A stretch of 64,000 nucleotides of DNA from Phaeosaccion multiseriatum. Lineage: Eukaryota; Protista; Ochrophyta, other classes. Below the pieces are notes generated by a model, which saw nothing but the letters and a program-made list of their open reading frames with translations, was not told the origin of the DNA and made no database searches. The position numbers and the translations under genes are program-made. Positions within the stretch are counted from its first letter, which is position 1. Each line of letters begins with the position of its first letter. Location: assembly GCA_965112735.1 (NCBI GenBank), contig OZ218952.1, positions 5,797,264 to 5,861,263 on the forward strand, written 5' to 3'. This document shows positions 1-16,400 of the stretch, piece by piece.

Positions 1-484
1 AGCTCCCGCCGACGGGGTAAACTCGAGCGGCAACGGTACATCTGTATCGCTCGAGGTGGGGTTGGTGATCGCGGGAGCTGTTGTACTCTTCATCGCAGCA
101 GCTGCCTTTTACGTTCTCAACCACCGCCACGTGGGTGGGGCAAAAATTGAACCCACAGCTCCGCGGGAGGGTTTGAGCGACGAGACTGCGGAACAGAAGA
201 AACGGAGGCTCAGCTTAGTAGGGGGAGAAGCAGCACATCCGTTAGTGGCAGGCCAGGGAGGAGACTCTCCAGCAGCAGCAGACGCACTGCATGCCTTTGA
301 CGCAGACGCACTGCATGACTTTGACGGTGGTGGCGGGATCATGATGGACGACGAGGTAGAAGCACAAGCAGTAAGTGGCATCGAATCCATAGAGCAAGGT
401 CATCGAGACGTTCATGGGGACTTCAAGACCATGCAGCTAGACGGGGAGGAGCACACGGAATGGGAAACGGAGCATGAAGGATAG
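1..484 (+). CDS. 3' part of an unidentified single-pass membrane protein (5' end outside the window)
   Basis: Hydrophobic segment VGLVIAGAVVLFIAAAAFYVL followed by a basic stop-transfer and an acidic tail; stop at 484. No recognisable domain. Confidence 0.5.
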   Translation, partial: APADGVNSSGNGTSVSLEVGLVIAGAVVLFIAAAAFYVLNHRHVGGAKIEPTAPREGLSDETAEQKKRRLSLVGGEAAHPLVAGQGGDSPAAADALHAFDADALHDFDGGGGIMMDDEVEAQAVSGIESIEQGHRDVHGDFKTMQLDGEEHTEWETEHEG

Positions 485-544
485 TAGAAACCAATGTATA
501 TATCACGCATTGCCTTGAAAACTCTATCAAGCGTAGCAGTGGTA

Positions 545-1365
545 CTATGTGCCTTGAAACGCCTTGAGCGTAACGGTAAAATCGAGCGTTGCGTGTGGGG
601 GGATGTCTGGTGCGGAGCCCTTGGCTCCGTAGCCGAGTTTCGGAGGGCAAACGATCCGTCGTTTCTCTTTGAGACACATGCCCAACACGCCTTGGTCCCA
701 GCCCTTGATCACCTCCCCAGCCCCAACTTGAAAGGAAAAATCAGAGCTGGCGTCAAACTGACTGCCGTCCATCAGCTTCCCCACATAAGCAACGGACACC
801 ATATCGCCATGGTCCACAACACGAGAGGGGTCCGTTCCTGGATTTAAGGTCTCAATCGCAACTCTATCTTCCTCTGGTACTTCATACTCAGGATCTCCTG
901 CGACACTGAACCTTTGCCCCTCCTTGATCAGCACCCCCTGCTCCACACCCTTCTTGAGAGCCTGTGAGGAAGGAGGGGCAAGGGGATGGTCAAGGAGGAG
1001 GACTCTGGGGATGTAGACATGGGAGGGCAGCTTCCACTCCCACCCTCCGTGACCATTCACCTCTGATCCCATCGACTGGGAGTAGCGTATCACCCATTTC
1101 CCACTGGTACGTCTTCTTCTTCTTCTTCTTCTCCCTCTCCCCCTCCCTCTTCCTTTACCTGCTTGAAAGCGTTTGCATTCTCCAGCTGAAACTGCGACTT
1201 TGTGGCCTTGGCAAGGGCCTGTCTACTGCTTCCCCCGGCATCCTTCAAGAGGCGGATGGCGAAAACCAACTTCTCGAGCACCGTCTTTGGCGAGGCGGCC
1301 GCTGATCTCTTCTTGGGCTTCGTGATCGCACCCCCGCGGCCTCGAGCTGCTTTCCGCTTGTCCAT
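545..1365 (-). CDS. FKBP-type PPIase fused to an N-terminal linker-histone H15-like domain (2 exons: 1365-1159, 961-545)
   Basis: Exon 1 [12 protein letters not shown]...[18 protein letters not shown]...NAFKQ splices in phase (GT 1158, AG 962) to [18 protein letters not shown], then FKBP motifs [37 protein letters not shown]. Confidence 0.85.
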
Positions 1366-1514
1366 ACTCCTCAAAGCTCCTTTCCGGACGGAGTATCTGA
1401 TCTCGCAGAGAAAGAGAAGAAAGGTTGGAAGTCTGCGAGTTGGTGATACAACCTTCCTGGCAACGCCCTCGATTTTATATCCGCCCGAGAGAAGCCCGAG
1501 AAGCACAGCTCGCC

Positions 1515-3266
1515 ATGCCGTTCATAGTAGCTGGTGATGTCGGGGGGACCAACTCCCGCTTCATGCTCCACACGGTCTCTTGCGACATGAGATCTCTCAA
1601 GGGACACAAGTACGTTCTCCCGTCGGTCTTCCCGTCCTTTTCGTTCTTCATTCCCGCTCTACTGGTGCCGTCCTCACTATATAATGCTGATTCCAAGCCT
1701 GCGGTTTTTCGTCTCGCGCTCTTGCTTAGGGCGCCGGGCGAAAAGGTTTTCAGCAAGGAGTATACCAACGATGGAGTTGGTGAGTTTATCGATCAACTCA
1801 GACGCTTCTTGAGCGACGCCGAGTGCAGCAGCCCTCCAGTGGTGGCGTGCATCGCCATCGCGGGGCCTGTGGTCGAAGACAGGGTGACAATGACCAACCG
1901 TGAATGGGTCATTGACGGCAGGGAGGTGAGCTGCCGTCTGGTCCGAGAGGATGATAGCGCACCGCCTCACTCCCAACTCTCTCACTCACTCCCGGCGCCC
2001 ATTAGATCGAGCGGCAGCTGGGCATCAAATCCGTTCGTCTGGTGAACGATTTTGTGGCCGCTGGGTATGGCTTGCTGACCTTGGATGTGGACACCGAGTG
2101 CGCTACGCTGCATAAGGGCAAGCGGATTGCCGGTGCCCCCATCGCCTGCCTGGGGGCCGGGACGGGGCTGGGGGAGACGTACCTGACGTGTCCCATTGGA
2201 CGGGGAAGCGGTATGGACTACGACTGCTTTCCTTCGGAGGGAGGGCATGCAGAGCTTGCTCCTAGAAACGACCTCGACTACAGAATGATTCGGCACATTA
2301 CGGTCAGTGTGCTTGCTCCACGTCAACAAGCCCACGGAGCTTCCCAACCCTAACCTACCCACCCACCCCCCAACTCCGCACAGGAGACGCTCGACATCAC
2401 GCGCTGTTCCGTAGAGCGTGTGGTGAGCGGAAAGGGCCTTGAAAACGTCTACAACTTTCTCGCCGACGAGTTTCCAGAGCGGGTCAATGCCCAGGTACAA
2501 CAGGGGCGCAGGAGACGTGTGGTGCCTCAAGCAACCTTTCTTTACACACCGCCACACTCTCTCCCTCACCCTGTCCAAGGTGCACCTCGAGATAAAAGGC
2601 GGGGGAGACCAGAAGGGGAAGATCATCGCCGAGAACTCCCAACAGGAGGGCTCCCTCTGCGAGCAGGTAGGTGGTTCCTTGCGTCCTTCTCTTGTATCGC
2701 CGGTGAGAGCACGCTTTCATCGCTTCCGATCACTTCCCTCCCTCCCCTGACCCCAGGCCATGAACATTTGGGCTGAGCACTACGGCGCGGAAGCGGGCGT
2801 GCAAGCGCTCAAGTACATTCCTCACGGAGGCCTCTTCCTTGCCGGAGGCCTCACGCCCAAGAACCTCGACCTGCTGCAGAGGGGCGGCGCGGATGGCGTG
2901 TTCCTCAGGGCTTTATTCGCGAAGGGGCGCGTGTCACCCATCTTGAAGGACATCCCCATCTACGCCGTGCTGAAGGAGGACATCGGCCAGAGAGGGGCAC
3001 ACTTGGTCGCCTTTAAGGTGAGTGCGTGAGCGTCCGAGAGAGAGAGAGTGAGAGAGAAAGGGGAAGGCCTCCCTCGCTCTGCTGACGCTGCTTCGCCCTC
3101 GCCCCCAACGCTCCTCTTGCTGTGAAAGCTTTTCTTGCGAGAAGACACGGAGGCCATGGTCACGAGGAACCATGTGTGGAGCCTCACTCGACTAGGGGCA
3201 GTGGCCACATTCGCCGCCCTGGTGGGAGTGGCCCTAGGCCGGATAGCATCAGCTGCAAGCCACTGA
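1515..3266 (+). CDS. glk: Glucokinase (bacterial Glk-type), multi-exon, with a C-terminal hydrophobic tail
   Basis: GDVGGTNSR, IAIAGPV, NDFVAAGYG, GAGTGLGE, SEGGH, VERVVSGKG and GGLFLAGG motifs across GT-AG exons. Confidence 0.9.
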
Positions 3267-3524
3267 CAAAGACAACGCATTCCTTCACCTAAGAGCATTT
3301 ATTAGGGGCACACAAATTTAATTGCGCACCTCTCTCCTCTCCCGTTTGGGGCGGAGGAGGGAACTCCACACAATGTACACCCAATTTTGGCCGAAAAAGC
3401 AGCTGCAGCGACGAATTACCCTAAGTCGCCCCGCCCCCCCTACCCGGCTGCACCACTCGACATTGAACCGCCCCAACCCCTCCCATCTATGTATTTACAG
3501 TAACTCGGCAGCACATGACACACA

Positions 3525-4409
3525 TCACATTGTGCTGTAATAAACGGTGGTGACGAAGCGCTGTTTGTACCGCTGCGTCATGCCCAGCACCATCATACCG
3601 TCCTTGATTGCCGTGCAATACAAGTGATTCAGAGCTACGTGCTGCGGCACCGGCAGCGACGTGGGGTCGCTGGTGGGGGGGTTCTTATTCAGTATAATGT
3701 GCCGGAGGTGGGGAGGCAGCGGGGGCGGCTCCTTGGTGTACTCGTCCAGGTCAGGTGTGAACTGACCATAGTCTTCATCCAGAGTCTCCTTGTTCCTGAG
3801 GGGAGCAAGCGTGGAGGAGCAGTCACAACAACGTAAGCCCGCTCGTACCTGCAAGGCCCCCCTCTCTAGTGTCCTCCCTCCAACCCCCGGCTCAACTCAC
3901 CTGTTGGCCTCAAAGTCGTCCTCGCCAGTGTACGACTTGAAGTCGCTAACGTCGATAAAGTTGTTCACCCTGCCCTCAATGTCCGCCACAGTGGGCTGAT
4001 CTGGCGCGAACCGCCACTCGTCGTCTACAATGAACTTGAAGGCATGCTTGCCCTTCTTCAGATTGTGCACGTACGTAAAGTCATTGCCGCTGCGGTGCAT
4101 GGGAATCTGCCTCTCCCAGTTGTTGAAGGTGCCTGTAATGTACACCTGCCGGCCTCCATGCTCCCATCGAAAGACAGTTGGCACCACCTCCTCTGCGCTC
4201 TCGTCGTCCTTCCCCTCCACATCCATGTCGTCTCCAGTGCCGCCCCCATCACTCATCTCCTGCTGCTGCTGTCCTGCAGGGAGCCCGATCACAAAGTCTG
4301 CGCTGCTGAATGCTCCTGGGGCACCGGGCGCCGTCCTCGTCTCCCCATAGCCGCCGTACACCTCAGAGCGCTCTCCCCCATCCCCCTCCTTCCCCGCCGA
4401 CGCTCCCAT
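3525..4409 (-). CDS. PRKAB: AMPK/SNF1 beta regulatory subunit (2 exons)
   Basis: N-terminal MG myristoylation site; CBM48 (VPTVFRWEHGG, GTFNNW, KFIVDDEWR); C-terminal ASC domain (PPPLPPHL, HVALNHLY, RYKQRFVTTVYY). Confidence 0.95.
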
Positions 4410-5027
4410 ATCGAGGAGCGGCGGGCCTCAAATGAGAACAGCCAAGGCCTGTCCTTCTCCTCCTCCTCCTGAAGAGGGGGATGAAGAGTGGAATTCTATA
4501 ACCTTACGTAAGTAAGGAAGCCCCACTGCGCTAAAGAAAAGTTTTAAAAACCAATTGGGGCAGGTGCGTGCTAGTGCATCGCCGATGGCATCTGCTGACT
4601 GGCTGACGGACCTTCTCTGTCTCTCCCTCTCCCTCAGTTATCCTCTCTCTCTGTCTCTTTCTCTCTCGCTCCTCTCTCGCTCGCTCCTCTCTATCTCTCT
4701 CTCTCTCTCTCCCTTTCTCCTGCCCTCCCGCTCTCTCTCTCTATCGCTCCCTCTCCCTCTCTCTTTTTCCCTCCCTCCCTATCCCTCAGTCCCTTAACAC
4801 TCATTCCTCCCTCTCTCTTGGCCCTGTCTCTCTTGCCCTCTCTCTCTCTGCCTCCGCCTGCCCCTCTCGAATCCCCTCTCTCCCCCTCCTCCTCTTAAGC
4901 TCTCAGTGCCGCATAGCCCACCGCTCCATTTGCCAGACGTCTGAAGAAATCCGGTGGCGTCTTCGCTCTTGCCCACTCTCAGCGGCTCTCTGGGGAGGAG
5001 GGTGGTGGCCAGACGTTGGGTGTCGCC

Positions 5028-8613
<3,586 letters not shown>

Positions 8614-8872
8614 CGCCAGCAGCAGCAGCAGCAGGCGGGTGACCTTGGCGAGTGTGCCAGCCAAAGATATAGCGCAGCACACTCCCGCCCAAGCAAACCC
8701 CTCCTTGCCTCCCCCCCCAAAGCAACCACCTACTGCGGGGCCGGGACGGCAAGAGCAAGAGATTGCTTCAGAGCCAAAGCCCACCCCTCCCGAGGCCATG
8801 CTACTGGAAACATCTACATCTGTCAATATCTGTATTCACTAGTCCTCAATAATAAGGAAAAAAAAATTGTAT

Positions 8873-9668
8873 TCAAAGCCCCTCCTCGCCATACAAGTCG
8901 TCCAGGGGGGCGTCGATGGCCTCTGAGCTTCTCCCTTCGCTCTCTGCGTCTTGTGAGCGGGCCCCCTCCCCTTCATTGTCCTCCTTACTTGCTGGCCTAT
9001 AGTACACCGCGCTCTCCGCCTGGCGCTTGTCCAGCCACTTGAGGCTCAGAGCTGAGCCGCCGAAGGACTGCCCCTTGGCCTTGGCGACCTCTGCCCCCTT
9101 TCGGTCCTCGAAGGTCACCAACATGAGCCCCGCCGTTCCGTCTGTGGCTGTGGGGGGCACCTGCTCCACGCTGGACACTTTGGCAAACATGGCAAAGTGC
9201 TGTCTGAGGGCATCCTCGCTCCGGCCCTCCGATACAGCGGCCCAATTTCCGACAGTGAAGGTAGTGGGTCTAAGGTCGAGGCTTTTGGACGCAAACCTCG
9301 CGCCAGGCCCGGCCGTCGTGGCACCCCCAAAGCCGCCTCCTCTCCCGCCCCTCCCCCCCCTTCCACCGCCCCTTCCGCCTCTTCCACCCCCTCTTCCCCC
9401 CCCCGGGATGTCGCGAGGGTGGGGCAAGGGCGGCACAGAGACGCCTGCCGCCACGCATTGTTGCTTCGCAGACACAAGCTCCTCCAGCAGCGGCTGTAAG
9501 GCAGAGTCCACCTCTGCGAGTAGCTCCCGCTGCTCGACCAGAGAGGCGGTAGTCTCCTTCACCTGTGAGCAAGAGAGAGCAGACAAGACAGAAGCAACAC
9601 CAGAAAACAAGAGAGAGTTGAGTGCGCGGCCTTGCGTACCTTCAGCGGAGTAAGACACACACAGACAG

Positions 9669-9710
<42 letters not shown>

Positions 9711-12369
9711 TGGTCTCCAGAGGCCCCAACGCCGCTGCATCTGCCCCCTTTGCCATCATGGCGGCCAGGAGCTGCTCGTACTGCGCTTGGCGCTTCTCCT
9801 GCATGCCCAGCTTCGCCTTGGCCAGTTCGGCCTGCTGCTCCTTCAACACCACCAACTGGGAGGGGAGGGAGACAAAAGGACAAAAGAACAAGCGTTAGAG
9901 GTTAGAGGCGGGCACGATACGACAGAAAGGGAGGAGACAACAATGGCGATGGCGATATACACGTACACCCACCTGCTGCAGCTTCTGGAGCTCCCCCAGC
10001 AAGGCGGCTTTTGCTTGCGCGGCCTCTTTGGCGGCAGCGGCCATCTGCTCTGCCTCACTCAGAGCAGGGGCTTCGTCCATGCCTTGGATGTTCTCGTCCC
10101 GGCACAGAAACACTCGTATGAAGCGATTGTTGAGCACGGGGACTGGTGAATCCACGCAGCGCTTGGCCTCGAGGCTGTCGCTGAACTGCACGCGAACTTG
10201 ATTGTAGACCTGCGTCAAGTGGAGTGGAGCGGGGGAAGGGAGGTAGAGGGGAACATCACATCAACACTTCTGTACTAGGCCATGTCGATACTCAGAGAGA
10301 GGTTTGAGGCAAACGCACAGAACGCACCCTTGGAGTGCCATCGTCGTTGGTCTTTTTGCTGCCTCCCTGCCGCGGGGCCATTGCAGAGATGTCCACGGCC
10401 ACAATCTGTCCAAACTGCTTGAAGTGCGCCCGCACTTTGCCGTCGTCTACGTACTGAGGCACGCCCAGACACTTTACCGTCACGCGCTCCTCTTCCGGCA
10501 AGAAAGCGGCGCTGGCAGCGTCCTGAGGCGCCCGGTGGGGGCCTCCTCCTCCTCCTTCTCCTCCTCCCCCTCCTCCTCCTCCTCCTCCTCCTCCTCCTCC
10601 TCCTCCTCCTCCTCCTCCTGCTCCTGCTGCTGCTGCTGCTCCTGCTCCCCACGCCGGTTCCGGCCGATCCTCGGGCGGCTCTCCCAAGACCGGCCGGCGC
10701 CGCACTCTCTCGCTGCCCATCTCCACTTCTGCGCGGTCCCCACTGCCGTTACCAGGCCCATCGTGAAATGAGTCTCCTCCTCCTCCTCCTCCTCCTCCTC
10801 CTCCTCCCCCCTGCCCGCCATTCCAGTTCTTTCCTCCTCCTTTGCCCATGTCCATTCCGTTGGGCTGCTCCAACCTCCCACCAAACCCCCACTCTCCTTG
10901 TTGCGGTGGTGGCTGTTGCCGGTGCCGAGGCTGCGGCGGGGGTGGGGGCGGCAGGCCCCGAGGGGGCAGCCCTCGAGGGTGTTGATTCCTCGAGTTGGCC
11001 GCAGCCATTCGCATCATGTGCAGCACCTCTGGAGGAGGCGGGCCCGGCCCTCGACCCCACATGGGCATATTGGGGACCATGTCCGGCGTTGCCATGCCCC
11101 TTCCTCCTCGTCCCCGCCCCCTGCCCGAAGCCCCCCCCCGCCCCTCCCCTCCTTGCGGAGCCATTCCCATCTCAGAGGGGAAAGGGGGTGGGCTAGGGTG
11201 ATGAAGGGGAGGTCCCCCGCCATTCGGAGGGCCTCCCCCGCCGCTCCTTTCCCCCCTAAAAGGCGCCCCTCGTGGCCCGCCCGGCCCGCCCGGTCCAGGG
11301 GGAAAGTTTCGATGCTGCCAGCCGGGGGGAGGTGCCCCAGGAGGAGGCGGGCCGTTCGGTCCTCCAGGAGCCGCCCCAACGCCTCCCCAGCCTGGGCCCG
11401 AGCGCCCTTCTCCCCTCTGTCCCCCCCCAAAACCGCCTGGCCCGAACTGCTGCTGCTGCTGCTGCTGCTGGCCCCCCATCGCATTCCTGCCGCATGGGCC
11501 GTCGCCGGTTCTGCCGCCTTGGCCATCACCGGCCCTCCATCCTTTACCGCCATTACGATCACCGCCCCCTCCTCCTCCGCGTCCTTCTCCTCCTCCCCGT
11601 CCTCCCCGTCCTCCTCCAGCAGGCCCTCCCCCGGGCCGCTCCGGCGCTTCGGGTCCGCCCCTCCGTCTCCTCTTGCTGCTCCCTTCCGATATGTCACTAC
11701 CTGCTCTCTCTCTCCGACCCCCTTTCTTGCCCCTCCTCCGTCTATGGTCATCGTCCGGGTCTCCTTCTTCTTGCTGCTCGTCCTCCTCCTCCTCGGCCTC
11801 CTCCCTACGTCTACTCTCCCTCCTCGGGGGAGAGTCGTGCCGCTTCTCAGGACGCTGCTGCGGCTGCTGCTTACGCTGATGTGGCTTTACATAGCCCCCA
11901 GGTCCATTCCCTTTGGCGATCCCGTCCAGGGCTGCAACGAGTTTGGTGGTGAAGGTCTCCGCGTCTTCAGCACCGAGAAAGTCTGCGACAAGAGGGGAAC
12001 GTGTGGGAATCAGAAGCAGCGGCTTCAAAGCATGTCTCGCTTTTGAGGTGCAGGGCAAGGAAATGCAGGCTCGGCTCACCTTCTAGGTTCTCCACGCAGA
12101 CCTCGCGCAGCTTGGAGCCCTGCACAGAGAAGGGGGAGGGTGCGTTGGGAAGCCTGTAAGAAGCATGCCACGCCAAGTAGAGCACACAACAACCACTCTC
12201 TCCCCGACCACGGCCCCCGCCCACAGACACTTACCGTCTCGTTCGAGTTGTGCACGAAGGCCACAATATAGTTGGCTAGATCCGTCTGATCGCCCGTGCA
12301 GATGTGGGCCAGCTCCCTGTGGAGCCATGAGGTCAAGGCGACCGTGTCAGCCTCGCTCAGCGAAGGCAT
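8873..12369 (-). CDS. RBM26/RBM27-like RNA-binding protein (PWI + 2 RRM), multi-exon
   Basis: N-terminal PWI-like LTSWLHRELAHIC...LANYIVAFV; RRM1 ending SPVPVLNNRFIRVF; coiled coil; RRM2 LDLRPTT...LRQHFAMF...VTFEDRKGAE. Confidence 0.8.
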
Positions 12370-12573
12370 CAGACTGCCTCACAAGGGACACAGTAGTTCT
12401 CCCTTGAGGTGGGTGGCAGCTCCTTGTCTCCTTTAGGCTGTGAAGAGAGGGTTTATATATATTAAGAGAGGGCTTCCCGGCCCTTTTTCTTTTAACATTC
12501 CAACCTCTTGTATATGGCCCTCACTTTTTATCTGCGGTTCTCCCCCCCCCTACAGCGTTTTGGTACCCGGAGC

Positions 12574-13372
12574 ATGGCGAGCCCGCAGCAGCAGCAGCAG
12601 CGGCGCCACCTGCTGGCTGATGTCCCTGCGAAGGTGGACTTTCCTGGCGAGGAGCAGAAGATCATTGCGTACTGGAGCTCCATAAAGGCATTCGAGACCT
12701 CACTCAAGGTCGGGCGCCCTTCCTCTTTGGTTCGTTGCTCCTTGTGCACCCACTCAATCCTGCGTTCTTATCACCACACGACGAACAGCTGAGCGAAGGA
12801 AAACCGGAGTTCACGTTCTACGATGGGCCTCCTTTTGCGACAGGATTGCCGCACTTTGGGCACATCCTCGCTGGGACCATTAAGGACACAGTGACCAGAT
12901 ACGCCCACCAGACGGGGCATTACGTGAGCAGGAGATTCGGTTGGGACTGCCATGGTCTGCCTATCGAGTACGAGATTGACCAGATTGTGAGTTTTAGCCT
13001 TAGGAGCCATTTCTGCCTGCGGCTGTTTGGCTCCTAACTCTTGGTCTTGCTTGCCGTCCTCTGCTCCAGCACAACATCAAGTCACGAGAGCAAGTGCTCG
13101 AGATGGGTGTTGGAGAGTACAACAAACTCTGCCGAGGTATTGTCACTAGGTACACGGCAGAGTGGGAGGTGAGTACAACACGAAGGGGGAAAGAAGGGGC
13201 TGGCTTCGGGGCACTCTCGCTAACCTACTGCTCTGTTTCTGCTCACAGAGCACAGTGAGTAGGCTCGGCCGCTGGATCGACTTTAAGAACGACTACAAAA
13301 CCATGGTGAGTGGAGATTCGTGGAGATCCTAGCGAGCTTTCTGGCCAATCACGGCCCCTCCGTCTCCACCTC

Positions 13373-13408
<36 letters not shown>

Positions 13409-16400
13409 CAACAGGACCCTTCCTTCATGGAGTCGGTGTGGTGGGTATTTTCTCAGATGCACACCAAAAACCTCGTGTACCGCGGGTACAAAGTGATGCC
13501 CTTCAGCACCGCCTGCGCGACACCGCTCAGGTGAGGAAGGAGCGTACGGCGGAAGACGACGGCATCGTCGAACAATCCCACACGTATCTGCCTGTCTGTT
13601 TCTCTCTATGTGTGTTCAGTAACTTCGAGGCCGGCTTGAACTACAAGGACGTCCACGACCCCGCGGTGACGGTCACGTTCCCCCTGGTGGACGACCCCAA
13701 CGTAAGTCGACCCTCCCTCCTCCCTCTCTGCCTCCCTCTCTGCCTCCCTCCCTCCCAGCCTATTTGCTTTTGCTCGGCCGGCCAACGCACACTCGGCGAA
13801 ACGCATCCCTCTGCTGAACGCCTCTCCCCTTGCCCCTATGTCTTTCCTGCATGGCGCCACACCACAGGTGTCTCTGCTCGCTTGGACAACCACTCCGTGG
13901 ACACTGCCCAGCAACCTAGCCCTCTGCGTCAACGACAATCTTCTCTACACCAAGATCAGGTTCGTAGGTTCGGACTTGCTTGGAGAGAATAAAGTACGCT
14001 CGCGAAACAAGTCAGGCTCACATTTCAGAACCAATCCCACCAACCCACCACAGAGACAAGAAGAGCAGCAAGGTGTACATTCTGCTCAAGGCTCGCCTGA
14101 GCCAGATCTATCCGGTGAGTAGGCGCTGCAGCAGCTCGGGGCACTGTGCTGAGGGGGACCTTTTGCTGACTCTGAAAAGTGTGTCCAATCTGTCCAATCG
14201 ATCAATCAATCGCCTTACATCAGGAAATGAAGAAGAAGAAGTGGAAGCCGGAGAAGGCTGTGGAGCTGTTCGAGGTGCTGGAGGAGATGACGGGCGACAA
14301 GCTCGTGGGGCTGAAATACGAGCCCATCTTGCCCTACTTTAAGCACAGGCAGACCCTAGACAACTTCAGGGTGAGTGATCCTCACCCGCACGGTGCCAGC
14401 AGGGCAAGCGCGGTGGCAGTACGTGGCACCAAGACAACAAACGTGCATGCCTTCCTGCTGGCTTGATTGATTACTGACAAGGGGCTCTCTCTCGTGTGCG
14501 TCTGTGTGCGTGTGTGTGTTCGTGTGTGTGCGTGTGCGTGTGTGTGCGTGCAGGTGCTGAGCGACGACTACGTGACGGAGGAGGGCGGGACAGGGGTGGT
14601 GCACCAGGCTCCGGGCTTTGGAGAGGACGATTACCGCGTTTGCGTGGGGCGAGGAGTTTTGCAGAAGGACGAAGAGGTGGGTGGCGTAAGTTAGTGGAGG
14701 GGTGGGGGTTTCCTGCTGCTCCTGGCTCCTCTTAAGCCAGGATGCGTGTGTGGCACTCCCTCACTCACTCCACGAACAACCAACTGCTGCACAGGTACCC
14801 TGCCCGGTGGACGCCAACGGGAGGTTCACAGCGGAGATTCCTGACTTTGTGGGACAACACGTCAAGGAGGCGGACACGGCCATCTGCGCGATGCTTAAGC
14901 AGGCCGGGAGGCTCCTCATCAAGGATGTGAGTGAGCAGCAGATAGAAGAGAAGCAGAGGGTGTGTGTGGAGATGGGGGCCTTACGCTGGTTTGCCCGCCT
15001 GCTCGATCGATGCTCTTCCCCTTTGGTCCTTCCCTATCTCGTCCCACTAGTCGTACGAGCACACGTACCCCTTCTGCTGGCGCAGCGACACTCCCCTCAT
15101 CTACAAGGTGGTGCCGTCCCTCTTCGTCAGAGTCGAGTCCATCAAGGTCTGTATCGTATCGGGGGCCGCCGGACTCTCTCTCTCTGTCTCCTACTCTCTC
15201 TCTCTCTCCCTCTCTCTTTGTCTCTCCTCTCTCTTTGTCTCTCCTGACGTCTTGCAACAACTTCTTGCCTCGCCACACGCAGGACCGACTGCTTGCGTGC
15301 AACGACCAAACGAAATGGGTACCTGACTTCGTCAAGGAGAAGCGATTCCACAATTGGCTCGCCAACGCAAGGGTAAGAAGTGGCTTTGTGGTAGGCGTTG
15401 TCGCACACACGAGTTACAACGACCCGCTGACTTACCAATGGTGGCGCCTTTTGTATTTCGTTTTGGTGCATAAAGGACTGGGCCATCTCCCGAAATCGCT
15501 TCTGGGGGACTCCCATTCCCCTGTGGGTGAGCGAGGACGGCAAGGAGTCGGTGGCCATCAGCAGCATCGCGCAGCTCGAGGAGCTGTCGGGGGAGAAGGT
15601 GACGGACCTTCACAAGGAGAACGTTGACCACATCGTCATCCCCTCTAAGGAAGGAAGGGGCGACCTCCGAAGAGTCGACGAGGTGTGTGTTGTATAAGGT
15701 AGCGAGGGAGTGCGTTGTAGAAAAGAGACCCATCGCTTCCCTCTCTTAACGCTTTCGCATGCGGCGCTAACTCGCCCCAAAGGTGTTTGACTGCTGGTTC
15801 GAGTCGGGCTCCATGCCCTACGCGCAACAGCACTACCCCTTTGAGAACAAGGAGAGGGTCGAGAAGGTGAGGCCGGTCGAGTAGTGGGGTGGGGTGGGCT
15901 GGTGCTTGTCGTGCTTGCTTATCCCGCATGGACTGAATGTTCTTTCTCTAACCGGCCTATCGTGTCTCTAACCCTTCACGAACCCACACACGCACAGGGC
16001 TTCCCTGCGGACTTCATCGCGGAGGGATTGGACCAGACTCGTGGCTGGTTCTACACGCTCATGGTGGTGTCCACCGCCCTTTTCGATAAGCCCGCCTTTA
16101 AGGTACGGCACCTCCGTCTCCTCCTCCTCTCGTCTCTTTCCTGCCTGCCTCACGCCTGCCTCACGCCCCCCTCTCTCCTCCGTAATGCCTCTCTGTAGAA
16201 TGTCATCGTCAATGGGTTGGTGCTCGCTGAGGACGGCAAGAAGATGTCCAAAAGGCTCAAGGTGCGTGCGCAGAAGAGGCTCTAGTAGAGGGGCTTTTGA
16301 AGGGTCTACGAGAGGAGGGCTATGTTCTAGAATGCTTCCAGGGCGCTTGCTTGCTTGGGCTTCCTTGTCGCGTCACGGGTCGATCCATCTTCCGTCTGAT

